DNA from: Rhynchobatus australiae
Lineage: Eukaryota
Assembly (NCBI GenBank): GCA_034780895.1
Contig: JAUZTB010000107.1
Coordinates: 65,863,671 to 65,927,670, forward strand
DNA: 64,000 nucleotides
Direction: 5' to 3'
Shown one piece after another: positions 40,140 to 54,137 of this stretch. The notes under the pieces were generated by a model, which had not been told where the DNA came from, ran no database searches, and saw nothing but the letters and a program-made list of their open reading frames with translations. Position 1 is the first letter of the stretch, and the number at the start of each line of letters is the position of its first letter. Both the position numbers and the translations under genes were made by a program.

Positions 40140-40530
40140 CAGAAATCCACAGGCTGCATTTCATCTTGCACTCAAACCCAGTTCCTGTGCAAACACCACC
40201 CTATCCCATTCTTGGACTGAAAATCCTTCAAAAGTGTCATCATGCCTTTGTGGTCTTCGACTACTTTACAATGCTAGATCTTTAGATCTACTAAGATCCT
40301 TTGCTTTAAGTCTGGATTACTGTTTCCTGCTGCATAATTTGTTGTGTAGCTTTCAGTAACATGACTGTGCTCTCAAAAAATCCTCAAAATACCTTTGCAC
40401 TTCTTCCTACATTAATAAAACCCTGAAACTTTCTCCTTAAACTTACCACTGATAAATCACCCAAATACTGTTTGTCTGAAATTATCCCTCCTGTGAAGCC
40501 CCTCAGGAATATTTTACATTCAAAATGTTG
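40140..40530 (+). mobile_element. L2 LINE 3' end fragment
   Basis: Tail ctcctgtgaagcccctcaggaatattttacatt; roughly complementary to the L2 copies at 2200 and 20165. Confidence 0.5.
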
Positions 40531-42372
40531 TCTGTATACTTATCTTTTGCTTAGCTCTCAAGAAGTTCAGATTTTAATTGACAAGAGTTCACCCTCTTTT
40601 GTGGCAGAGTCCATTGCAACAGTCGATCAACGAGTTCAGAAACAGCTGAGTATTGTGTTTTAATGTAGTTACAGTCTTGTTCAAAATACCTGAACTATGA
40701 TACACTTTACACAGCTAATTAAAAAATTGCATTTTAAATTTCATGTTGCAATTTGATAGAGTAAAGAACCAAATTCTACAGCTACAATATTAGTGAGTCA
40801 ATTAACCAGTTACTAAACACATACTAAGGAAGCTTCATGAGCAGCCTCCAAAATTGTTGTACCATAATATTTTGAGAAAAAATTAAAGCAAGAAAAAAAA
40901 TCAAAAGACAAATGAAGGAAAATCAACATGTTAGTAGCAGGCAGCTGGCATTAAACTGCAGGAATTATAGAATCTTTTAGTGTTGATTAAAAATAGCGAT
41001 CGCTTGATAGCCAGCCACACAAAACTGAAAATACAGGTGTTTCCTTGCATTTGTACCCTTCAAAACAGAACTCAATACATTATTAGGTAGTAGATGATTT
41101 AGAGCAAGTCTAAGGCAAACACAGCAAAGGAAGTCAACTCCTCTCTGAAGATTTTGTNNNNNNNNNNNNNNNNNNNNNNNNNNNNNNNNNNNNNNNNNNN
41201 NNNNNNNNNNNNNNNNNNNNNNNNNNNNNNNNNNNNNNNNNNNNNNNNNNNNNNNNNNNNNNNNNNNNNNNNNNNNNNNNNNNNNNNNNNNNNNNNNNNN
41301 NNNNNNNNNNNNNNNNNNNNNNNNNNNNNNNNNNNNNNNNNNNNNNNNNNNNNNNNNNNNNNNNNNNNNNNNNNNNNNNNNNNNNNNNNNNNNNNNNNNN
41401 NNNNNNNNNNNNNNNNNNNNNNNNNNNNNNNNNNNNNNNNNNNNNNNNNNNNNNNNNNNNNNNNNNNNNNNNNNNNNNNNNNNNNNNNNNNNNNNNNNNN
41501 NNNNNNNNNNNNNNNGTTTGAAATACATAAGGCTCAGGTGTTTCATTACAGTGTTTTGCAGACTTGTTTAACTTCACAAAATTGTGCACTATTTTTACTG
41601 TCAATGCCTAAAAAAGAATCACAACCAATTAACTGTTTCACAACACACATTGAAAAATTAAGTCTGAAACACAGAAGATATTTACAAGGTATTGTACATT
41701 TGTGTGAGAAAGTCAACTGTGCTTTTAAGATTCCATATTTTTCACAAGCATGAATCAATTCTGTTGGTGAAACAGTCTTCATGGAATTGTGGACTACGTT
41801 GTTTTGAATCTAAAACTGATCCAAAAATTTTATGAAACCTTTCTGAAACGTGGTTAGCTGCAGAAATTTAGTGCTGTTCTTCCAAGTTTTCCAATCAGAC
41901 ATCTGTAGGTCAACTAGGGCTTAAGGCATTAGCAGCTATGTTTAATGTCTGTTAATTAAGAACAAATGCAACACAGATCCTTTTTCAAAGAAAGTATCAG
42001 GTTCAAATTTATACCTTCTGTAATTTACAAAATAATAGCATGAGGACACAATACTGATTTTNNNNNNNNNNNNNNNNNNNNNNNNNNNNNNNNNNNNNNN
42101 NNNNNNNNNNNNNNNNNNNNNNNNNNNNNNNNNNNNNNNNNNNNNNNNNNNNNNNNNNNNNNNNNNNNNNNNNNNNNNNNNNNNNNNNNNNNNNNNNNNN
42201 NNNNNNNNNNNNNNNNNNNNNNNNNNNNNNNNNNNNNNNNNNNNNNNNNNNNNNNNNNNNNNNNNNNNNNNNNNNNNNNNNNNNNNNNNNNNNNNNNNNN
42301 NNNNNNNNNNNNNNNNNNNNNNNNNNNNNNNNNNNNNNNNNNNNNNNNNNNNNNNNNNNNNNNNNNNNNNNN

Positions 42373-42427
42373 GTGCTTTGGGACTACCTGAGTCTATGAA
42401 AAGTACTATATAAATACAAACTTTCTA
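42373..42427 (+). mobile_element. SINE 3' tail emerging from a gap
   Basis: gtgctttgggactacctgagtctatgaaaagtactatataaatacaaactttct. Confidence 0.6.
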
Positions 42428-44859
42428 TGCAAGGCAAATCCTCTTTCAATACTGTATTTAGTAATATTTCTAAAATGCATGTCATACATTCCCATTTTCC
42501 TCTTCAATAAATGGTTACAAGATACTTTTTAGACTTCACAACTATAAATCAACACCCAATTCAGGAGTATTTTGTTGCACCCAAGCACCTACACAACAGT
42601 AAACTGCTTAAACTAAGCGAGCTGATTCATAACCACGATTAATGGTGAGCACGGTCAATATTCAACATTTTACATGGAACATTATTAACAGTTCAGGAAG
42701 CATTGTTAGTAGCACAGGAAGATTATACATTTTTTATTACATTTTCCATGCAGAAGAAAACCAAAGCACGTATTTTGAACAGTTTTAATTTACATTTAAT
42801 TAGTGAATAACCTGGAGACAGGAAGAACTTAAAACACAACTCAGTCAATTTAACAAAGTTAATTTCAATAGCACAGTTAAACAGTCTTCAAAATCTATTT
42901 GAAGGGTATCCAAAAACTACAGTTAACATAAATAAAGACCAAGATCACATCAAAATCTCTTGATAAATGCAGGTTGATTTCTCCAGCAAATGCAATAATT
43001 ATTGGATGTTTATTTACAAGTGTCTAACATCAATCTTCATCACTTAGAACAGTCTGGTCTTCAAACATTTGATGGGGAAACAACTCAATCGTCTTCAGAA
43101 ATAATGATGTCACTAAGTTTAGATTGGTTTTACATTCAGAAAAAAGATATGAACTACCAAACTATTTTATGAAATAAAATAAGCAATCCAGAAAATCTAA
43201 CACAAAAGGAAAATTCAGTAAATTGCAATGACTAACTATTGAAACAATCCATGCAAAAAATTGATTTAAACACAGTAAATAAATTATTGAACTACCATCT
43301 GCTTATGATGCTGGTTAAGTGCCAGGTCAGCACCAGCTAAGAAGATAGTTTCTTTTTGCCTTTGTACTAGCCTCATGTGAAACCTTTGGCAGTCAGGCAT
43401 CAATGGCAGATGAAAAGGGACCATTTGGCTCATCCACCTAATAGCTACAGAAAGTGTGCAATCTCCTCAGAGAAAGGGCAAAATTGACACAAATCCATGC
43501 AGGTTTGGTCATGACATCCTCATTATTTTCAGAATTAGCTAGGGTCCTTTTGCAGCAATGCTTCCAAACCTTCACAGTTCTGATATTCCTAGAATTACCA
43601 AGAAAACATTCAAGTGTTAACTGAAGATGGTTAACTACTGTTTGAATATAATTGCTGCATAAAATCCAAATTGCCTAAAAGTCAATCAACTAGCTACTAT
43701 TCAGTACTAAGTCCTAATTGTCACCTATCCACCACAAAATGAATTTCAAATCATCTTGATCTTCAAATCCCTTAATGGCTTCATATCAGTTATTTTTTCA
43801 ACCTTCTCTGAACACTTATTTCCACTAGCACTCTTCACTCTGGCATTGCAATTCCCTCTTTGTTCTATCAGCGGTGTAAGATTTTCGACCAACTAACTTC
43901 ATGGGATATCATTCCTAAACCTCTCCACATTGCAGTAGTGTCAAATGAAGAAAAAGATCTTGAGAAAATCTCTTATACACACCCCAGCAAGGCTCAGTGT
44001 TTTTCTTTATCCCCATTATTTGTTGATATGATCTATTTTTTTCCATTTCTAAAGTAGAGAGATATTTTCCACATAAATCTGCTATTTAAATCACTAGTTT
44101 TGAGAATAATGAACACTAGGAACCCCATAAGCTAATCTTTCATCGCTTCCTTCAGAGATCCTTACCTTATTTGATCAAAATGCATTTAACATGTATCGAA
44201 TCTGCAATGCTCATATCGAAGAGTGTGCATGTGTGTGTGTGCACATGCATATAAAAAATGTATTTGTGTGTGTGTTTTCATGATGAATTTCATCGGAAGT
44301 TTTCTGAAAGACTAAATACAAGACACATCTTTTACCTTAATACATCTGGGACTTAGTGGACAAAAATGAACCGTTTAGAAATCTCCTGGATCATTTTCTT
44401 TTTTTTTCCTGAGTATGGATATTGTCTCCATTCCAGAAAAATCTATCCAATAATGAACAAATCTCTCTGTTCATAAAATATATGCATTCACCCTGCATGC
44501 ACTGGGATAAACAGCATTTCCCCATGGGATAAATTCTCTGTAGCCTTCTTTTTAGCCTGTCCACATTCATTAGCTCAATGTGAAAATCCTAAATTAACCT
44601 GAATTATCAGACTGAGTAGACCTTAATGGTTATTTAATNNNNNNNNNNNNNNNNNNNNNNNNNNNNNNNNNNNNNNNNNNNNNNNNNNNNNNNNNNNNNN
44701 NNNNNNNNNNNNNNNNNNNNNNNNNNNNNNNNNNNNNNNNNNNNNNNNNNNCATAATAATGGAACTTTCAATTTCAATTTCTAGATCCCTCTAACCCCAT
44801 CTTCAGCTTATTTCTGAAATTTACTATAGCTTTCCCAGTGGCTGTTTTTACACTAAAGG

Positions 44860-45300
44860 CAAAAGAACTACATACGTCTCATTTGCATAAAGGTGCTATC
44901 TGCAGAAATGAGCCAATTTTGCTCTCTCTCAAGTGCATTTCCATTCAGGCTCCATTACTAAGCGTGAAGGCAAACATACCTTTGACATACTGACATAATA
45001 TCAGTCTTTCCCAAGATGACATCATGCCATAAGCAGCAATTTTGTTATTCGTGATAACAGTTAAGGCAAATGATCAATCCCATTCATCCAATTTAAACGT
45101 GGACTGTTTAACTGCTGGGACTATAATGCTGTACGTCCTTCAACAGTTGTTTGGCTGAGGCAAGGTGACCTTGACTACTGTGAAGTTGCATATTTCCAAT
45201 TGATCTGGTCAACCCCTGCATTCATACCTCCGAAGTTGGGCTCTCTAAAATGTTTACATATTCAGCACTGCTGAACCCCAGACTTCAACAGCTTTCATCT
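44860..45300. promoter_or_regulatory. Candidate enhancer / CNE
   Basis: Unique sequence with octamer ATTTGCAT at 44881-44888, NR5A/ERR site TGACCTTGA at 45166-45174, FOX-like TGTTTAC at about 45251 and several TGACA. Confidence 0.35.
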
Positions 45301-45309
45301 GTTCCTTTA

Positions 45310-46105
45310 TCTGTGAAGGGAAAGTTATGAGGAGAGCACTCTACAAAAGGATGTAGAGAGGTTAGTGATTGAACAAAAATACATCAGTGAAATACAGTGT
45401 AAGGAAATGTAAGGCTATCCACTTTGATAGGAACAGAAAAGCTGAATATTGTTAAAATGGAGAGAAACTGCAAAGATGGATCTGGGTGTCTTCATATGAA
45501 ATACAAAGTTAGCATGCAAGTGAGCAAGTAATTAGATTCGTAAATGAAATACTGTTTCTCATTGTAAGGGGCATAGAATACAAATGTAAGAAAGCCTTAT
45601 TAAAACCACAGAGGCTTTAACAGAACTACACCTTAAGTGCTCCATATAGATTTGGTCTCCTTACTTAGAGGAAATCATACTTGCATTTAAAGTAGTTCAG
45701 AGAAGGGTCACTAAGTTGATTTCTAAGCCTATACCCATTGAAGTTTAGAAGAACGAGAGTTAAACTTGCTGAAATGTAGAAGATTGAGAATGTAGGTACT
45801 CAAAAGGATGCTTCCTTATGTGGAGAAGGACTAGAGAATATAATTGCAGAGAAGGGGTCGTGCATTTAAAACTGAGATGAGGAGGAACTTCTCTCAGTGG
45901 TGGTGCGCTTTTGGAATTTTCTAACCCAGTGAGCTGTGGAAGCTGAGTCAATATGTTCCGAGCAGAGACAGATTTTCAGAACCAAAATGTGATGTGGACC
46001 AAGCAAGAAAGTGGGGTTTTGATCATGATCAGATTACCCACGAGCTTACTGAGCAATCAATCAGATCAAGGTGCATAAGGCCTCCTCCTGCTTTTCCCTA
46101 TTATT
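45310..46105 (+). mobile_element. CR1 LINE 3' part
   Basis: LQKDVERL; tttggtctccttacttaga...gttcagagaagggtcactaagttgatt; tail ggcctcctcctgcttttccta. Confidence 0.85.
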
Positions 46106-47379
46106 AGCCTTGAAGGTTAATAGCTACCCAGATTAAAACTGTACCCTTTCAACATATAAGCAAAATATTTTGTTGTTTGGAGTTATTAGTTCCAATGATT
46201 CCCATAAGTTTATAAAGCCTGATATTTATGTCCTCAAGTCTCACCATTGTGAGATATGCCATTTGTGCCAGTCCATTTACTGAGAAATAAGTTTGGAAAA
46301 AAGTCAGAGTTAATACAAAAGTACAAATTGGTCAGTTGGCTAGAGAAGACTGACTTTTTAAAACTTTAGCTTCATAACATGATTCCTCACATTACAGTGC
46401 AGTGTTTTTTTTTAAAGTTAATGACATTCCTTGGTTACATAATATTTACAGTCTTGCACATGTTCCACATTATGCATGAACACTAGTTGTCTGGAAAAGA
46501 TCACCGACAGACAGGAGGTCATATCAAATCAAGAAAAAAAGGAAGCAAAACATTTTTTGCTGATGGACTGGGATGCTGCTGCACTGTGGTGTGGGCATAG
46601 GGATTTATTGCTTCAGTGGTCAATCTTGTTCCTTTTAACTGTGGAGGAACAGCAAGGTTATAGGTGAGCATATAGAGAAATGAAACCCATCTCTTTCAGG
46701 TACCAACGGTTTATGACATATGCTGCATATCGAGAAACCTTTAGCAAATTGTATTAGCACAGTGAAGGGGGAGAGGGGTTCAATTCTAAGTTGTTTCGGG
46801 TGAAAGCAAGAGATGGAGGGAAGATTACAAAAGGCCACGAAATAGCACAAAATTGCGATACAAAATTAGTGCAAAACAAATTAACCTTGCCTACTTTAAT
46901 TGATATGCATTTTGTAGCAGAAAATATTATACATCAAAATGGCCAATTCAGACTGTTCACATTGAAGTTTTTTTTTATTTGAATAGCTGATGTGATATCC
47001 AATCATTCTGCTGGTATGTACAAGGTGGTGTTAGGGAAGCATCCTTCAGAAAAATTATTCTACCCTTCTGCACCTCATTTCCATAGCAGATTGACATTTG
47101 TTTCAACTAAATTTGTCCTGCCAATGAACCTTTAAGCTGCCATTCAATCATGGGAACAACCGTATCCACACTTAAAACATTCCCAAGCATGCTAACTTTC
47201 TCAAACTAAGGGCACAAGGCCATTCCAACTTGCTCACTCTATTGATTTTTTATCATCATCCTAGTTGACATTCATTAATATATTAGCGCAACTCAAGCTA
47301 GATTTTAAGAATGTTGAAAACAAAATCACACTGTGTCAAACTCTTAGCAGACAGTGTGAAGAAAGAAGGAATTCTCAGT

Positions 47380-47730
47380 TGAAGTACATAAGCATTCATT
47401 TTATTTGGCAGGCATCAGCTGAGTTAGCAGCATATTCACCTCTACATCAGACAATTGTGTCCCCAACCTTGGGCTACAAAATCCATCCTGAAATCTTAAA
47501 CAAGGGTCTGTTGCTTCATAAGGACATTAAAAGTTCTCATACACGTTTTGAAAAGGATAAAAGGATTTCTCCTTGTATCCCTGTCAACAAGCAGCACACT
47601 GCCAAAAACTAATCAACAGGCTGTCGTCTATTGTTCATGGGCCTCTGCAGTGAATGATCAACTGCATTTCTAATTGCATTCATGTGAATCATCTTGAAGA
47701 CACAAAGATTACACATTTTTTCTTTGAAGT
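47380..47730 (+). mobile_element. Old Deu-domain SINE relic
   Basis: gaaatcttaaacaagggtctg...ggacattaaaagttctcat...tttgaaaagga...ttctccttgtatccctgtcaaca resembles the Deu core. Confidence 0.45.
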
Positions 47731-47899
47731 TCTTACCTGCATAACCAAAGTACAAGGGATTGTCATGATATTAAAAAATGATGCCAAAATAGGTTAAGGA
47801 TGCTGACAGAACATTGAAGATCAGAAAAGGTCCCAAACCTAATTATTAGCTTATACAATTCAACTTACTTCTAACTGTGCTGCCATTTTTATCTACTAA

Positions 47900-48870
47900 A
47901 GTTGGAAAGTATACAGGATGGGGGAGTCAAAGTCCATCACCTTAACTATACTAGCCAAATACCAAAGAATACAGCTGCCAAACTAGGTCCATAGTAGGCA
48001 GTGAGCAAAGCAACCCAGGGGATAAATCTACTTGACTCATTCTCAGTCTACATGTTAGTTATATCTGTTCACATCAGCACTGGGAGGAGTAGCCACCACA
48101 TATTCCAAGAACATCATTTACCGTGTTATGCAGACAATCACTGTGCTAAGTGGGTTAGACTCAAAACAGATTCAGCGGCTTAAAAACTAGCCATCCAAGA
48201 GGCACTGTGAACCATCAACAGATGATTTCACCATTTCCTGTAATGTCTTGGCCTGGAATATTCCTCACTCTATCATTACAATTAAGACAGGGGATCAACC
48301 CTTGTTCTGCAAGGACTGCAGGAGGGCACATGGAGCAATACCAAATGTGCGCAAAACCAGAATAGTAAACGAGCACAGCCACAAAGCAGGACTACATTGT
48401 GCAAACAAATAGTATTCAACAAAAAGTGCTAAACTATCCCAAACCACCAGATTAGATCAAAGCTCAGCAGTGCTTTTATGCCCAGCTGTGAATGTTGGTG
48501 GATGTGGAATCCTCAGGTAATTGCAGCTCCAAGAGTACCCTCATCTACTATGATGGCAAGGTTCAACACCCAAGTTCCACAGTCAAAGCTGAAGTATTTC
48601 TTTTAAAACCACCTTCAACAAGAGGTATCCTATGGATTATCCATCTCTGCATCCTCCAGAGTTCCTCAATGTCAAAGAAGCCGATCTACAACCAATTCAA
48701 TTCCCTTCACAAGAAAGTACCAGATGCAGGAAAGTCTATGGAACCAGGCATAATACTGAAGATGAGCTCCAGAGCCAAATGCCCATCCAACCAAGCTGTC
48801 CCAATATATTACAACACCAGCTTCCCAACTAGCAGCATGGAAAATTGCTTATGTCCTGACCATAAAATAG
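47900..48870 (+). mobile_element. Decayed CR1/L2-group LINE fragment
   Basis: aattaagacaggggatcaacccttgttc (IK.GDQP.F), KAEVF, and DYPSLHPPEFLNVKEADLQPIQF; colinear with the 16290 copy. Confidence 0.75.
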
Positions 48871-48949
48871 GGCAATCACAAGAAAAAGGTGTAGGCATTT
48901 GATCCCTCACCCCTGCTGTTCATTAAACACTTCCCGAGATTTCTGAGAT

Positions 48950-49320
48950 GGAAGGTTTCAGTCAAATAGCAAATGGATAGGCTTGGTTTGTTTTCCATGG
49001 AGCAAAAGAAGCTGAGTGGGACAAAAGTGAGGTGAATAAAATTGAGTTGCACAGGTCAGGTAGTCAGTAAGAAAATGTCTTCCATGCAGAGGTGTCTAAG
49101 AACCAGGGACATTGGCTTCAAATAAGTTCAGAAGGCATTGCCTCAAGTAATGGAGGCAGGTACTTGCACAAGATTTAAGCAGCACCTGGAGGCACACTTC
49201 ACTTGCCAATGTACTGTAGGCTGCAGACCAAGTACTAGCAAATGGGATCTGCATAGATAGGTACTGACGGTCAGCATGGAAGTGGTGGGCCATGGAGTCT
49301 GTTTCTGTGCCATATGACTA
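48950..49320 (+). mobile_element. CR1 3' end
   Basis: ggataggcttggtttgttttccatggagcaaaagaagctgag...gtctgtttctgtgccatatgacta. Confidence 0.85.
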
Positions 49321-50069
49321 ACATTTCTGAGGACACTGCTGCCACATTTCTGACATTGCTGCAAATATACAAGTTTCAACAATGGGATTGGAACTTCCAG
49401 ACCTTAATATCTGAATGCCTACATTGTGGGGTAAATCCACTTAAATTTCCTCCCAGGGTTTTATAGTGGAATTTTTCAGGAGATACACTAAGCATAAAAT
49501 TCCTGAAGAGTGCTTATCAGAAAAACTATCAATGCAAATTAAATTTAACATTTTTACTTTGAAACATCCAATTATACATATTCTCCCTCTCACCTTTCAT
49601 ACCAACAATTTAGAGCTCAGCTATCCTGGGAAATTTCCAAAGGCCCTTACAGTAATGATGCAATTTCCCAGTTCCACTGGATCCCTTTATCAAAGGAAAA
49701 TTAACTCCAAGGTTGCAATCCTATTTTTCCCCAAGATGCACTTAAGCATCATCCCACTCCACCTCAGAACTATTCTGACCGCAAGATGAACTGGTCATCA
49801 CTGTAAAACCGATTGAAAGTTATGTTCAAATTCCCTCATCAGAATTGGTCGACTGCATACTTCCAGTTCATCACAATATACAAAATAGGCTAACATGAGA
49901 ACAAATGTCAAAATTGTACATAATGCAAGAACACATCTTTTTCCTACCTTCACATTTTTTCCCCCAAAGACAGAAATCAAATTCAAAATAAACAAGCATG
50001 TGAAACTATATGGGAAAATCCTTGCACATACGAGTTTCACTCAAGTTTGAGTTGTAACTGTTAGTAGAT

Positions 50070-50260
50070 TTGTGGGGATAACAAAACAATTTCATCCCTC
50101 CATTTAAGTTATTATTGCAAACAGCCAAGACCAAGCACTGATCCTATGGGATCCTACTAGTTACAGTCCAAAGGTGGCCCATTTATTCCAATTAAATGTT
50201 TTCCATTCTTTATTCAATCCTTAATCCATGCTAGTATTATCTGAATCCCATGTGCTTGTA
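50070..50260 (-). mobile_element. CR1 RT fragment
   Basis: ccaagcactgatcctatgggatcctactag is antisense GIP.GSVLG. Confidence 0.6.
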
Positions 50261-50319
50261 AGAATGGATCGTGCAAGTGCATCTCACTCTGTGCAATTCC
50301 TCATTTTCATTGTTGGTTC

Positions 50320-51172
50320 AAGTAGGCCAGTAAATAATTATGACAGTAGAGGGTCAAAGATGGCACTACACCTTTATTTAACTTAAACATAATGCTTGGT
50401 GTGAAGTTTCTAAATTTGCTTTGGACACATAGCTTGGAAATATGGCAAACAGTGAGAACAGAAATAAAACGCAAGACTGAATGGGCAGACAAGTGGTTGA
50501 TAAAATGTAATATGCAAGTATGAAATGATGCACGCTGGCAGAAACAAAAGACAGTGTTGATTAACTGGCTCTGTTCTAAATTGCACACAGGAACAGATGT
50601 CTTGTATATGCAGCAAGTTCACTGACAAAACAGTTGTTAAATCATACAGAATGGAGGCATAGAGTACAAGTTATGCTGAAAATGCATTAGTTAAGCTACA
50701 ATTGGAAAACTACATTCAAATCTGGTCACCTCACTTTAGGAAGTAGCATACCAGGATCCTGAAAGTGTACACAGAACAGATTCCAGAGACAAAACATTTC
50801 AGCTACTCAGAATGGAGAAATTGGGGTTGATTCCCTTGGAGGAAAGAAGGTTGATATCGAGTAAATCGAGGAAAGCTGTTCCCATTATCAAATATTTCAA
50901 GGACTAGGGACACAAGCTTATAATTCTGAGTCAAAGATACAAATGGCATGTGGAGGAAACCCCATTTTACTCATTTAGTTATGATCTGAAATCTCCGCAG
51001 GCCAGGCTGGTGAAAACAGGCTAATTTTTGTCTTCAAAAAGGGAATTGCACGGGCAGTTGAATAATATGCAAGACTTTGGGAAAAGTGTGATATGAACTG
51101 ACAAGATTATTAAAAGCCAATCAGACACAACAGGCCAAATGGCCTCCTTCCATACTGTAGTTATTCTATGAT
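50320..51172 (+). mobile_element. CR1 RT-to-tail fragment
   Basis: VSKFA.DT; EWADKWLIKCN; QIWSPHFRK; tail ggccaaatggcctccttccatactgtagttattctatga. Confidence 0.85.
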
Positions 51173-52339
51173 GTACAAATTAAAAGAAAAACCTTGTGAT
51201 CTTCAATTAACAGCACATCTGGGTAAATTTTCTTTATCATTCATTACAGAGGTCATTATGAATGACCCAAAAAGCTGAGAAGTAATGATACATCTGCTGT
51301 TATTTGTTCACCGCTTTTGCGGAAATAGGTCATTGCACCTTGCTATAGCAAAGTAATACAAAGGTGGTTCCAACAGCCTAAATTATGGCAGGATGTACTA
51401 TAGTCTAAACAAGTTTTATGTGGGAAGGTTCTTTAAAAAGGACAACAGAACCAGATACAGAGCAATGTGATTTTCTCCAAAGATACCTGATGCATTTACA
51501 TCAAAGGGCTCATACAACAGAAGACAGAACTGCTCAGTTCTTGCCTCAAGCTAATTGCGCTTTTATTACAACTATTTTGGTCAATTAATTATTTTCACTT
51601 CAGCAACAACAGTTGGTGCTAATAGAGCAAGATGCATTTTCCTCAAATTTGACATTTGTTGTCCACATCTTTTGTATACACGATCTCCTAAGCCTACCAT
51701 TGATATATATTCCTTTCACAACTTGAACTGTTACTGGATCTGTGCCTAATGATGTATTTCAGCTGACCCGGGAAATCTGAGTGTTTAACACACAACCACC
51801 CAGACAGAAATAATTTTTTTTAAAACCTTCAGATGCAACTTAGAATTCTGGAAAGATCAGCCCCTAAATCTTTTTGTTGGAAAAAGTATTTCTTTCTCAG
51901 GCAGTTATAAACAACAAATAAAAACACTATTGATTCAGAGAGCAACAATGGAGATTTTTTAAATAATTACCTACAAATGGTATTGTATTAATTAGTAGTG
52001 ACATTTTCCAAAATTCTTACATCTCTTTCAATTCCAAAACTCTAGTCTAAAGTCTACAACAAATCATGCTTCCAGTTGCTTTGCATTAGTCACATCACCA
52101 AAATGTGTTCTAAATAATTACTGAGGCACCAAGCTATGAAAAACACACTTTTGTGGCAAATTGTGTTAAAATGGATCATTATGACAATCATATGCTTTTT
52201 TAACACAAAGGATGTCTACCACCCCTTTAAAACAACAGGGATTAAAGGAAGTGAAATTAAATTCAGAAAGAATAACATAAATATCCTTCAGTTCGAAGAA
52301 ATTAAATGCAGTGGAATATGTACTTTGGAAATCATTCCC

Positions 52340-53110
52340 TTGCAACAGTCTCCCATAACTAAGGCATCCTTCCAGGATGAGGATAACTTAAAGTGGGATC
52401 TGCACACTCTTCCAAATGTGGGACAGATAAGTAGTATGGGAGATGGCGTGCACCTTTTATCATCTTTGCTGGGCTTCACATGTTACTGAAGGAACTTTCC
52501 AGATGCTTTTTCTCAATTATAAGATACTATGTGCCAGGTATCCCCACTAATTGGTGAGAATATTCAAGAACCCTTTGAAAACATACCCAATTAATTTCCT
52601 CTGATCCCTTGATAGCCTCTTCCATGATGATGCTGATAATAGAGAGCCTTGTTCAGGAACCTGGTGTCAGGTATCCAAAAGATGTAGCCAGCCCAACAGA
52701 GCTGGCCAAGTGTAGTTTGAGGCTTGAAATTTATTAACCTGGGAGAAGACAATGATATTGGTTTGATTTTCCTTCCTGTAGATTTGTAGATTTTGATAAG
52801 ATAATGTTGGTGGTATCTCTCCAGTGCTTTTATGTACCTGTTGTACATAGTCTACATCTCTGAAGCACATAAGTAGGAGATCAGTTCTCTCCATACACTA
52901 TGTGCTTTATGCTGTGATTAGATCTTAAGGCTGTACAGGCAATGGCAAATTTCTGCCATCAATGAAACGTAGCTCCTGAGATATGGACGGTGTTTCACAT
53001 TTTCCAGGGTCCTGCTGTGGCTCTCTATTATCCAAGAGGTCATATGCAGCAGGAGCAGATGTTCATCATAGTTCTACATCATAAAGTCAGCCTCATTCTT
53101 CTCCCTGTAA
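52340..53110 (-). mobile_element. RTE LINE fragment
   Basis: Minus ORFs ICPTFGRVCRSH and YNRYIKALERYHQHYL...QLCWAGYIFWIPDTRFLNKALY. Confidence 0.85.
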
Positions 53111-53221
53111 CGTTCTTCCAAGAATAGTGAGCAAATTCATTTCTGTTACAATTGTAGGCACTCTCATATGAGTACTAAGTGATGAGTTTCAGTACTACCT
53201 CATAGACTTGTGCCCAAAATT

Positions 53222-53530
53222 TAATGCCACTCTGGAGAATGAGAAGTTGTGTTCAAATCCAAGAGTGCTGTAATGCCAAATGAGATAAAACTTTGCTTCA
53301 AAGTTGCAATAAAAGATCCAACAGTACTTTACTTTAGAGATTACCTTTGTCTCCAGGATAATACAACCCTCAAACAATATCACTAAAGCAGATTATTTAG
53401 TAACTGTCAGCTTGTGGGATATTGCTTATCTGTTGCCTACAATAATAACTACATTTCATTAGTATTTAATTGGCTGCAAATCACCATGTTCCAAGGTCAT
53501 GAAAGGTCAAATATGAACACAATTGTTCCT
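53222..53530 (+). mobile_element. Deu-domain SINE (SacSINE1/AmnSINE-like)
   Basis: tRNA-like head gaagttgtgttcaaatcc; core aaaagatcc...ccctcaaacaatatcactaaagcagattat; tail ttggctgcaaa...ggtcatgaaagg. Confidence 0.65.
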
Positions 53531-53669
53531 TCCATTACCAGCTTGCTTCTAATTTATTGCAAATGCATAATCAAAAGTCTGCCCAAATTTTGCTTTATAT
53601 GTATGGATGGCCCAACAAAAGCAAGGAAACAAATAACCGCCCTCCCAGATTCACAGATTTCTTATTGCT

Positions 53670-53990
53670 ACTTAAATACTTCTGAAAATTATAATGCTAT
53701 CATTGTTGGATTAGCACATGTAGAACAAGTGAAAAATTCCACAAACAACAATCAAATACATCATTGATCAGGCATTAATTTTTGTTGACTGATGGAGTTA
53801 AAATAATGAAAGGAATCACCTGTTCTTACAATGACCAGAGATCTCACATACAACTGAAGCAGGAAACAATTTAATGCCTCATCAGAAAGATGATACTTTA
53901 ACAATATAGTATGTTCTGGAAATGGACTTAAGTTTCAGCATGGCTTTTACTCTGAAGAGTGGATTGGAATTTTATAAACCCACAAGCAGC
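53670..53990 (-). mobile_element. Deu-domain SINE, antisense
   Basis: aatacttctgaaa...ccacaaacaacaat...tttaatgcctcatcagaaagatg. Confidence 0.5.
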
Positions 53991-53997
53991 GAGATCA

Positions 53998-54137
53998 TAA
54001 CAACCCAACCAGTTCACAAACATCTTTTAGGGAAGGAAAGCTCCTACTTTTACTTAGTTTGGCAGATACAAGACTTCATTCACATTCCATGCAGTTGACT
54101 CACTATTTGAAAAGTACAGCAAGCGATTCAGTTGTAT
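53998..54137 (+). mobile_element. SINE fragment
   Basis: aacccaaccagttcacaaacatcttttagggaaggaaa...cagcaagcgattcagttgta. Confidence 0.55.

Noticed and set aside
45228-45311. Apparent minus-strand exon (ttcacag ... gag|gtatg)
   Set aside because: Stops in all three frames, and the acceptor abuts a CR1.
47737-47802. Strong minus-strand donor CAG|GTAAGA with a nearby acceptor
   Set aside because: All three frames contain stops; no coding support.
51250-51267. GGTCA-n7-TGACC inverted repeat
   Set aside because: The spacing is not the 3-bp ERE spacing, and it is too short to interpret.
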